A stretch of 64,000 nt of DNA from a virus (lineage: Duplodnaviria; Caudoviricetes). Of this stretch, positions 50,405 through 59,882 are shown one piece after another. The stretch is from IMG/VR virus record IMGVR_UViG_3300033075_001021; one strand, 5' to 3'. The notes under the pieces are model-generated. The model was not told where the DNA came from. It was given only the letters and a program-made list of their open reading frames with translations, and ran no database searches. Every line of letters starts with the position of its first letter. Position 1 is the stretch's first letter. Made by a program: the position numbers and the translations under genes.

Positions 50405-50512
50405 TTACTTGATTGGTATCGATTTATCGATATCAGCGTCGCTTAGGGCGCTCGTGGCATTCATCTTAAGATACCTTCGCTCACCATCCTTAGGGTGTGA
50501 CCTATGTCTGAA
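50405..50512 (-). pseudogene. Displaced 3' end of 51250..51537
   Basis: FRHRSHPKDGERRYLKMNATSALSDADIDKSIPIK* versus FRHRNHPTDNQLKNLSVNAIGIITDDDIEKVIPVK* (ungapped, same length). Confidence 0.85.
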
Positions 50513-50606
50513 CAAAGATAACATTATTTTTCCAAATCACCAAAATAATTTAGTCATAGTGCGCATACTTTTTATAAGTACGTGATATTTAATTAAAAAG
50601 ACTATT

Positions 50607-51266
50607 ATGCCACACAAAGACAAAGAACAAAAACGCCAATATGATATTGAATATCGTAAACGTAATGCTGAGAAAATCAAACAACGTAAACAATCCCCAG
50701 AGTATCTTGAAAAGAAACGTCAACGGGATAAAGAATATGCTGCTAAAACCAAAGAACAAAAACGCCAATATGATGCCGAGTATCGTAAACGTAACACTGA
50801 GGAAAAACGATTACGTGATAAACAATACTATGAAGCCAATAAAGAACGTATTAAAGAACAAGCTAAAGTATATCGTAAAAGCAATCGAAACAAAATTAAT
50901 CAGTACCACTCTGAGCGTAAAAAGAATGACCCGTTGTATCGATTAACTCTTGCAACACGTGCTTTAATAAACTCTTCACTTAGAAGAAAGGGGTATACCA
51001 AAAAATCAAAAACATTTCAGATATTGGGTTGTTCTTATAATGAATTTAAACAATATCTCGAAAAACAATTTGAGCCTTGGATGAACTGGGATAATTATGG
51101 TTTGTACAATGGTACTGAAAATTATGGTTGGGATATTGACCATATCATCCCATTAAAAACGGCAAAGACTGAAGAAGGTGTTCTAAAACTGTGTCATTAC
51201 AGTAACCTCCAACCTTTATGTAGTTATTATAATCGAGATATTAAAAAAGCTACTTTACAGGAATAA
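50607..51266 (+). CDS. HNH/EndoVII-like homing endonuclease with a repetitive basic N-terminus
   Basis: KEQKRQYD.EYRKRN repeats; LGCS...YLEKQF...WDNYG...WDIDHIIPL...HYSNLQPL. Confidence 0.8.
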   Translation: MPHKDKEQKRQYDIEYRKRNAEKIKQRKQSPEYLEKKRQRDKEYAAKTKEQKRQYDAEYRKRNTEEKRLRDKQYYEANKERIKEQAKVYRKSNRNKINQYHSERKKNDPLYRLTLATRALINSSLRRKGYTKKSKTFQILGCSYNEFKQYLEKQFEPWMNWDNYGLYNGTENYGWDIDHIIPLKTAKTEEGVLKLCHYSNLQPLCSYYNRDIKKATLQE

Positions 51267-51761
51267 CCTTTTCAATATCGTCATCTGTTATTATACCAAT
51301 AGCATTGACCGACAAATTTTTAAGTTGGTTATCAGTTGGGTGATTTCTATGGCGAAAAGAATGAATTGTGACGCCTTTATGGCCACGGAATGACCCCATA
51401 TATTGCCAAGCTTCACCATTGTCTTCATTAAGCGCTACCATGGGTTCCGTTAGGCCTTCATTGAGCGGGTGCTTAGCAAGCCATTCCCACATTTTTTTCC
51501 ATTCGTTCGAATCAGTTTTGATTAGTACGTATTCCATTATGCAAATGTATGGTCAATTACGCACAAAGTCAAGGACTTTTGATTTAACAACGTCTGATGA
51601 ATGTAATTTCGCCAAGCGCTGAAAGATAACGGTTTCATTTCTGAATCCACAGTGGTTACCGTTTCAGGGACGGAATCATTAAATTGGTCAAGCTTTGTCC
51701 GCTGTACCATTACTTTACCCAAATGTGCATGGTTGATACGGAATGTGTCAAATACTGGCAT
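51250..51761 (-). CDS. Two hypothetical genes (51250..51537, the endonuclease target; 51537..51761)
   Basis: ORF track plus promoters. Confidence 0.65.
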
Positions 51762-51818
51762 TGTCTTTTGATTTAGAATGTAAAGATAAGATTATTTTTT
51801 GAAAGTGCCAAATTTATT

Positions 51819-52220
51819 TTATAATTCCTTCCACATATATCCGACACCTTTAAACGTTTGAATATTGGGAACATTGATTCTCGAACGTATTTTTCGAATG
51901 TGCACATCTATAGTACGGTCACCAACAATGATATCATTACCCCAAATGATACTCATGATAGAATTTCTGCGCATTACTTTGTTTTTATTGGACATCAAGT
52001 AATACAACAGCTCGAATTCTTTACGTGGAAACACGTGGTTAACACCATCATATGTTACATGAAATCTTTCAGGGTCGAGAGTCACACCATCACTTTCAAT
52101 TACAGGAAGCTTATTAAGACCTGAGGCATTTTTTACCAATTCAATGATTTCCTCCTTGGTGAAGACGGTTTTATCGATATCAAGAATTTCATTGATAATG
52201 TTATTAGCAATTGCTATCAT
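51819..52220 (-). CDS. OmpR/PhoB-type winged-helix DNA-binding protein lacking a receiver domain
   Basis: PRKEFELLYYL.....V..R..I...IWG....VGDRTIDVHIRKIR.....I.T..GVGY. Confidence 0.9.
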   Translation of the reverse strand: MIAIANNIINEILDIDKTVFTKEEIIELVKNASGLNKLPVIESDGVTLDPERFHVTYDGVNHVFPRKEFELLYYLMSNKNKVMRRNSIMSIIWGNDIIVGDRTIDVHIRKIRSRINVPNIQTFKGVGYMWKEL

Positions 52221-52253
52221 ATGTTTGATTTTGAATGTAAAGTTAAGGTTAAT

Positions 52254-54022
52254 TTAAACCCAATCCAAAACTAAATTGGAAGAATTTTGTAACATCCAAT
52301 CGATTATATAATCTTTTGGTACGGTGCTTTTAATGTCATTGACATATCGATACCCTTCAATGTCATCGAGCCAAAATTTACCATTCATATTGTGATACCA
52401 TTCAGGTAATTTTTTATTCTTTGTGTCATAAACACAACAAGAAATTTTAATCAAGTTAGCCCTTTCCACTTTTTTAAGATGCTTCATTGCTTCATGCATC
52501 AGGGTTATCTTGCTGGTCATAACACCCTCATCTAATGGGGTTTTTATGAACACTTGTTCCCTGTCATGGAAAGTATAAATCATTTCAAGTACCATAATAT
52601 TTGATTTTGAATGTAAAGTTAAGGTTAATTTTTGAATCTACCAAATAAAAAAAGAGCTATCTTTCGATAGCCCCTTTTTCTATAATCAATCAATCATGCA
52701 CTAATGGTTTGAATCGCTTTTGCTGGTCTTCAGGAAGATAAGCGATGAGATTTTCTTCAGGTACAAACCTTAACAGCTCGAATATTGCCGATACGTCTCC
52801 AGCCTCAATATCTTTCTTTATCTGCACAATAGCAGTATCAATCAGGTCGTCTTCATGCATACGCTTTTGAAGACGTTCAATAGCATCTTTATCTTCAGTA
52901 TTCATATATTTAATTTGTTGACAATTAACAATAGTAAATGGAAGTGCCATGAAAAGTATAAGTGGAAGTAGCACAAACCAATCACCCACAATAAAATATT
53001 TTATGATAAATTGTTTGATGCGTTTCATGATACAAAGATAAGGGTATTTTCTGAATCTACCAAATTATAATGTAACAAGTTGGCAATAATCATCCAAATC
53101 AATCAATGGTATTCTACCATAATTCGCGGATGAATAATACCCTTGTTGTTCATAACGCTTCTTCCATTCCCTGTATGCTGCAAGGGCTTTCTTCTTTGAT
53201 GAATAGGTATCTGTTGGATGAATACTAAACCCATCGGGGGAAAGCACATCATATTTTACTTTTGCCATGATACAAAGATAAGGTTATTTTCTGAAACTAC
53301 CAAGAAATTACTTGAATTCTTTTTCCGTCACTTCCTTCCCATTCGGTTTTCACACCGTTGGCATTGAGAATGTCACAGATTTCCTGTGCATCACCAGCCC
53401 ATGCCAAATGAAATGGTTTTCCCTTTACCTTATCCTCATTGTCTTGACCATGATAGAATACAGCCTTTTCAGCTTGTTTATCAGTCATTGCTGCCCAGCC
53501 GCATGATTGGCAACACCAAAAGTTTTGTTTGGCAAAATAACCAGCTTTGCGTAAAGCCCTGAATGCTTTGTTGAGATTTGCGTTATTCATGATTGATTAA
53601 TTTTGTAACACAAAGATAAGGTTATTTTCTTAAACCACCAAATATTTTTATACTTTGGTGATAAGTTGTTTTTCAACCTTTGTGATATCTCCACCAGCGC
53701 CCCATTGCCAAAAACCTGACAAATGCACTGCGTGTTTAATAACGTCTTCCAGCTTACCCTCAAAGTAACCCAAAAGTGGTTGATGATGATGCCCACCCAT
53801 ATCACAGTTAGGGTCTTCACCTCTTACTTCCCACAAACCCACTTCATCCAGCGTGTGTTTTTTTAACAATCGCTGTCCACCGTAACGCTGAAGAAAGTTA
53901 TTTACCTTATCGTCTTCATGAAGACGGTGCATATCTTCTTTGAGCTTTTCTTTTCTCTTTTCCAGCTCTTTGATTTGCTGGTCAATTTTTTTGATTTCGG
54001 CGGGAATATTTGCTTTGTCCAT
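52254..54022 (-). CDS. Five small genes (52254..52595; 52690..53028; 53065..53268; 53297..53590 DUF6891-like; 53648..54022)
   Basis: Each has its own promoter; AF..L...G..A.QNFWCCQSCG in 53297..53590. Confidence 0.65.
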
Positions 54023-54082
54023 GATTGATTGATTTTATAATGCAAATATAAGACTATTTTCTGAAAGTACCAAAAAAAATTT

Positions 54083-54194
54083 GGGGTGCGATGGGAACCA
54101 CTTCAACCTGAATGTACCTTTCAGATTTATTCCTTGCTCCACATACATATTACGTAATTCTGTATGCTTCTGCTTGGAAGGTTCCCCGCACCCC
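54083..54194 (-). ncRNA. Structured RNA motif B, copy 1
   Basis: Three-way junction with compensatory changes versus the copy at 55874. Confidence 0.75.
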
Positions 54195-54206
54195 TTAACA
54201 AGGTTT

Positions 54207-54349
54207 GGGAATTCGGTGGACGGGCGAGTTTAACTTCAAACTTTTAATCAAACCCGCCTCCGCAGCAAGGCTGTTCACGTGCGCTTATAACGTTATTATC
54301 ACACGCCCCCTATCACGTACTACTCAACTATGAGCGTCCCCGAATCCCC
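54207..54349 (-). ncRNA. Multibranch structured RNA A1
   Basis: GGGGAUUCGG-GGACG/CGUCC-A-CCGAAUUCCC closing stem; 13-bp GGCGGGUUUGAUU/AGUUAAACUCGCC arm. Confidence 0.6.
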
Positions 54350-54357
54350 TAATATGT

Positions 54358-54663
54358 TTACCAGAATAATGATGTTCTTAACTTCACCTTGCTCACAATC
54401 CATTTGGTAATTTCATCAGCCCAATAACTTGTGGAAAGGTCGCAAAGGAAATCAGCCAGTTCACGTTGAACATTCTCTGCATCAGCGTTGAATGTCTTAC
54501 GGGTAAATTCCTTTGCATTGCTTTGGTTACTGCTCCGTCTTGAGCCAGTGGAGAAATCCCACTCTTTCCCAATAACGGTAATTTGTTTGTCTTTCACTTC
54601 AACGGTGATAACGCCACCTTGTGCTACTTCACCTAATTTCCATGTTTTAGTTGCCTTTGCCAT
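54358..54663 (-). CDS. 101-aa RNA-cassette-associated protein, copy 1
   Basis: Paralog of 56193..56498 (MAK.TKTWKLGE). Confidence 0.75.
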   Translation of the reverse strand: MAKATKTWKLGEVAQGGVITVEVKDKQITVIGKEWDFSTGSRRSSNQSNAKEFTRKTFNADAENVQRELADFLCDLSTSYWADEITKWIVSKVKLRTSLFW

Positions 54664-54754
54664 GATTGATTAATTTTGTACCACAAAGATAAGGTTAATT
54701 TTTGAATCCACCAAATAAAAAAGAGCTATTTTTCGATAGCCCCTTTATAATCAA

Positions 54755-55829
54755 TCATGCACGGAGTTCTTTATACACCCCCCATTTTTCTTCAGGGAGG
54801 TACTGGATGAGTTGTTCTGTTGGGCAATTACTCAATAATTCCCATATCGCCGATACATCTCCAACCTCAATATCACGTTTGATTTCCTCGATAACGGTAT
54901 CGATTAAATCATCCTCCAATTGTCGGCGGGATTCAATCTCATCACAGTGACAGCCAAAACCATCTACTGCTGGACAATCAGGGTCATGTTGTAATTCGTT
55001 TTCCATAATACTTTAAACTTTAACAAGCTGGCAATAATCCGCTAAGTCTTCTAACGGAATTCTGCCGTAATTTGTGGATGAATAATAACCCTGCCTTTCA
55101 AATCCTTTCTTCCATTTCTCGAAAGCGGCAATGGCTTTTTTCTTTGAGGAATATGTGTCTGAGATGTGGATGCTAAACCCATCGGGGGAAAGTACATCAT
55201 ATTTTACTCTTGGCATTGTTATTCTTCTTTAAAGGTGATACCTTCTTGACGTAAAACGCCCATCAGGAATAATTCTCTTGTGTCATTGGTATAAATACCT
55301 TTCCATGTATAAACACCGTTACCCATGTATCGAGCATACTTTTCAAAATTGGATTGATATTTCTTCTCCAATTTCTCACGTTCTGCTTTGGTTTTACCCA
55401 AACGACTTTCAAGATATTTGATTCTGTCATTCATGATACAAAGATAAGACTATTTTTTGAAACTACCAAATGTTTTTAGGTTGATAACCATATTAAGAAA
55501 TCTGATAGTTCGCAATTCTTTTTTGGAAAAATTGTTGTTCTCCATGAAGAATTTTTCCACTTTTTAATCCCCCTCAACCCACAAAAAGTTCTCCACTTAT
55601 CTTTTATCCATTCATCATTAGTGTTTTGAGTTATATCATGTAATTCAATATGATAATAGTGTCTTAATGAAACTGCTGAGTCATACCAAGCAATTGAATA
55701 CAGACCTAAATTTCCATGCTCTGATTTATCATTGATATCACGAATCATGAAAATATTATTGTGGGTCGACTTTGTTTCAATAGCAATACCTCTTGATGGG
55801 AATTCAAACCTTTTTTTAATGATTTCCAT
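54755..55829 (-). CDS. Four small genes (54755..55006; 55013..55216; 55219..55434; 55476..55829)
   Basis: First two are paralogs of 52690..53028 (C-terminal half) and 53065..53268. Confidence 0.65.
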
Positions 55830-55873
55830 GTTACAAATATAAGACTATTTTTTGAATGTACCAAAAAAAATTA

Positions 55874-55988
55874 GGGTGCGATGGTGAAAACTTTTCAGTC
55901 CGAATGTACTTATCAGACCTAATCCCACTCCACATAACATATTACGTAATTCTGCTATGCTTCTGCTTAGATGTTTTCACCCGCACCC
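55874..55988 (-). ncRNA. Structured RNA motif B, copy 2
   Basis: See copy 1. Confidence 0.75.
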
Positions 55989-56006
55989 CTTAAATATTTT
56001 TATTGT

Positions 56007-56185
56007 CACCCTACCCTGTTACGAACAAGATTTTCTACCTATATGGATAACGTGGCCTTTGTTTTACTGTGTACCACCACTTCACTATGTACCTCGCAAA
56101 GAATTACGTGGCCAAACAAACCATATAAGTTGTTCTATCTACCGTTAGTTGCAACCATTGGTAGTCCCTTTGAACTATTAGGGTG
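56007..56185 (-). ncRNA. Multibranch structured RNA A2
   Basis: CACCCUA/UAGGGUG, CUACC/GGUAG, GAACAA/UUGUUC and CUUAUAUGG/CCAUAUAGG stems. Confidence 0.55.
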
Positions 56186-56192
56186 TTGTATA

Positions 56193-56498
56193 TTACCAGC
56201 CGTATTCAGGCTCCAGTTTAACTTTGGTTTTAATCCAGTCAATAACCTGTTCGGCGTAATAATGTGTTGTCAGGTCAGAAAGAAAGTCATACAGTTTACG
56301 ATACGCCTCCCTGTCATTAGCCAATACCGTTCCCCTTGTCCATTCCTTTGCACCACTTTGGTCGCTGCTTCGCTTTGTACCTTTGGACATATCCCATTCT
56401 TTGCCAATTACGGTAATTATCTTACCAGTAATTTCAACGGTTATGATACCACCCTTAGCCCACTCACCCAACTTCCACGTCTTAGTTGTTTTTGCCAT
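56193..56498 (-). CDS. 101-aa RNA-cassette-associated protein, copy 2
   Basis: Paralog of 54358..54663. Confidence 0.75.
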   Translation of the reverse strand: MAKTTKTWKLGEWAKGGIITVEITGKIITVIGKEWDMSKGTKRSSDQSGAKEWTRGTVLANDREAYRKLYDFLSDLTTHYYAEQVIDWIKTKVKLEPEYGW

Positions 56499-56551
56499 GA
56501 TTGATTATTTTTGTACCACAAAGATAAGGGTATTTTTGGTACTAACCAAAT

Positions 56552-58841
56552 TTATTTTCGGAATTCATTTACCTTTGCAACCAATTCGTCAAATTTCTCA
56601 AAAGTAACCAATTTACAGCCAACTGAAATGCCTTTAGTACTAATTATGGCATCATATTTATCTGTTAACTTTGGTACTACCCTTGTAGATACGTTTTTGA
56701 AAACCTCCTTTGCTACTTCAATTGCCCCAGCAAAATTAGTGTCTAAATCAATTGTATCAGGTGAACCTGAAAAAGACATTGCAGGTATATTTGGCATTTC
56801 CTTCCAATGTGCGCAGAAATAAATACAAGCATTTTGAAAATTTGTATAGTCATCTACCGATTCTTTTTTGTTAAATTCGGAATTCCAAACCCAACCAATC
56901 TTTTCACACTCTATAATGAATGCGTTGTAAACACTTGCAAAACGACTTTTAACGGCGAAATCTTTTTTCATGATTGATTAATTTACAACAAAGATAAAAT
57001 TATTTTTCTTAACCACCAAATAATTTTGCCAAAGATTTTTGCTGCTGAATCTTTTCCACAATATCCTTCTTGGTTAAACGATTGGCATATTGGAAATGCC
57101 ACGCATCCCACAAAGGTAAATGGATAAGTTGAACAGGCTTTGTTGCCGCTACCATGTATTCAGCGTAACCATCAGCAACAGGAAATTTGATTACTTCACC
57201 AATGTTTTCATCGGTTACACCCGCCCTTGCCGCACGGTCAACACACCACTGTTTAAGGTCTGCTTTAAACTTGTCGCAGTCCTTGTTGTATTGGTCAATG
57301 TCTTCCCAATTAAAATCAGGTACCTTGATTTGTTCAGGTACGTCATAAACCTTTGCCATAATGATTGATTTGATTATGAAGCAAAGATAGGATTATTTTC
57401 TGAAACAGCAAAAAAAACATCAACTATTTCAAAATTATTTTCTTTGGCCCACTGAACCGCTTCATCATGCGAAGCAAACCCTTCTTCAATCATATGGCCA
57501 GCTTCATCATGGATATCGAAGCTACCATCGAATTCGTATATTGTTGCTTGTTTCATATTACGCTAATGCCGCACCGATTAGAATACCAAATATCACACAA
57601 GCAAACAGAAACCCAGCGGCAAATGCCATTAATATTGCTTCGTATAGTTTGTTGTCTTGTTGCATATTGGTTAGATTTGTGGAAATTTGTATAACGTTCC
57701 TTTAGGTGCATAGCTTGTAGGGATAAACGTTCTGCTACCTTTTTCACTGATAACCCAATCAGCAAAGCCATGCCGCTTCATATAGTCCTTCATCCTATGA
57801 ATATCACACTCACGAATACGCATCGCTTCAGTCATTAAGGTAGTGTATGATACACCCGTATCGGTTAAGGCTTTCACCTTCTCACCATCTCTGTACTCCA
57901 AACCCTCAACCCAAACGATAAAGTATTTTTTCTTTCTCATAACACAAAGATAAGACTATTTTCTGAAACAACCAAATTAAATTTCAATAACACTAACAGC
58001 CCATTTAACTTTTTCTTTCTTATCTTCTTTAGATAAGAGAACAAATTCAACCCATGTATTTTCAGGGTTCAAGTTAAATAGTGGGACAGCTATTTCATAG
58101 CAACGCTGGGCCAACCAATCATATGTTACATGAAAGGGTGTTTCATGAAATTCACAATCATAGTCATAATCATCATCCTTTAACAACAACGTATTAGCAC
58201 GTACCAAAATATACAATGATTCGGGTACATCAACAACTTTCCGTTCGCCCTTAAAATAGAATGAAAACTTTACCATGATTATTAACTTTGTAACACAAAG
58301 ATAAGACTATTTTTTGAAACTACCAAAACTTTTTTTGTCTTTTTGTGAATTGGCTGGTTACGTCCCTTGGATTGCTGGTTTGTCCTTCAGCATAATAAAG
58401 GACGCTATGAACATGCTCATCCTCATGCATGTCTTCATTGATGAACTTTCTTACCTCATCTGGGGTATCAAAGTCTAAATGATTTTCTGTGTAATCATTA
58501 CCACCTCTTGTGGCTTCACGAACTTCAACGGAATAAGTACCTAACATATAGATTGATTTAATAGATTGCAAAGATAAGACTATTTTCAATACCCTGCAAA
58601 TTTATTTTGAATTCTTTAATACTTCACCAATAGCAGTGTGCAAATCTTTGAGTTGTTCCCTCGTCATACATGGAACCATAAGGGTATGAAAATTCATATT
58701 CCTTCTGTCGGCTCCACTATGCCCATCAGGATAAAGGTTATTATCTTCAATGGATAAGTAACCAACATCACCAGTCAAACCAACATAAATTTTATGCCCA
58801 TTTGCATAAGTTATTCTCTGTGCTAATTTTTGTTTTGCCAT
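56552..58841 (-). CDS. Run of small hypothetical genes (56552..56971; 57009..57359; 57374..57556; 57558..57665; 57671..57940; 57977..58276; 58320..~58547; 58602..58841)
   Basis: Promoter-headed cassettes; 57558..57665 is a 35-aa membrane peptide not in the ORF track. Confidence 0.6.
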
Positions 58842-58922
58842 GATACAAAGATAAGACTATTTTCAATACCAACCAAATAAAAAAAAAGAAAGGTACACAA
58901 ATGTGTACCGTTCCTTTGTATA

Positions 58923-59096
58923 TTAGCTTTCAGCAACCAACAACTCCCTGTATTCCTTCTCGGTCAGGTGTCGTGGTGTGGTAAGCGGTTTGTAAACTCC
59001 TTTCGGCTTAATCAGGATGCAATCACCTTGCCGTAGGATTTTCTCAATGTTGCCTTCGGGTACATCGGTTTGCATTGTCCATGCCACACATTGAAT
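58923..59096 (-). pseudogene. Displaced 3' end of 59879..60550
   Basis: IQCVAWTMQTDVPEGNIEKILRQGDCILIK...RHLTEKEYRELLVAES* versus IDCISWTIQTNVKKGGIEKIIRQGDCILIK...RHLTGEEYRTLLVAES*. Confidence 0.93.
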
Positions 59097-59162
59097 TTGA
59101 AAAATAGTATCAAAAATAAAGATTTTTCTTTACTTTAAACATATTTATATTAAAATAATAGT

Positions 59163-59882
59163 ATGAAAAAATTAACAACTGAAGATTTTATCATTAAAGC
59201 TAATTTAGTTCATAGCAACAAATATGATTATTCTTTAACAAACTATATTGGTAATAAAGTTAAATTAGATATAATATGTCCAATACATGGAAAATTTACA
59301 CAATCCCCACATCATCACTTGTCTGGTATTGGTTGTAACATTTGTGGCCGTGAAAAAACCATCGCATCAAGACGATTAACAACTGAAGATTTTATCATTA
59401 AAGCTAATTTAATTCATAACAACAAATATGAATACTCAAGAGTTGAATATCTTAATGATAGAACAAAGATTAAAATTATTTGCCCTATTCATGGAGAATA
59501 TACACAACGACCAATAGCACATTTACAAGGTTGTGGGTGCCAAAAATGCAAAGTTGATAACTCTGGATGGAACTATCATCTTTGGGAAAACGCAGCATTC
59601 AATTCAAGATATTTTGATTCCTTTAAATTATATGTAATTAAATGTTGGGATGAAAACGAAACATTCTATAAAATTGGAAAAACATTTAATAAAATAGATA
59701 CTCGATTTAAAGGTAAAATCAAATTACCATATAGTTGGTCATTAATCAATATAATAAATGGCTCAGCAAGAGAAATTTCAGAACTTGAAGCCTCATTAAA
59801 AAGTAAAAATAAAAAACATTCATACACACCCAAAAAAGAATTTAGGGGAATGTACGAATGTTTTAGTATCAACCCAATTTAA
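59163..59882 (+). CDS. Homing endonuclease with CPIHG zinc repeats and a C-terminal GIY-YIG-like domain
   Basis: Two LTTEDFIIKANL.H.NKY...IICPIHG repeats; KLYVI...FYKIG.T...R...E. Confidence 0.75.
   Translation: MKKLTTEDFIIKANLVHSNKYDYSLTNYIGNKVKLDIICPIHGKFTQSPHHHLSGIGCNICGREKTIASRRLTTEDFIIKANLIHNNKYEYSRVEYLNDRTKIKIICPIHGEYTQRPIAHLQGCGCQKCKVDNSGWNYHLWENAAFNSRYFDSFKLYVIKCWDENETFYKIGKTFNKIDTRFKGKIKLPYSWSLINIINGSAREISELEASLKSKNKKHSYTPKKEFRGMYECFSINPI

Noticed and set aside
55874-55988. Hammerhead or hairpin ribozyme (CUGAUAA...GAAA; AGAA; GUACAUU)
   Set aside because: The hammerhead core CUGANGA/GAAA is not met, and the other copy reads CUGAAAG...GAAG; hairpin ribozyme loop B and the GUC site are not in the required arrangement.
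16598-59096. Diversity-generating retroelement template/variable repeats
   Set aside because: No reverse transcriptase in the window; differences between the duplicated ends are not adenine-specific and are largely synonymous or conservative.
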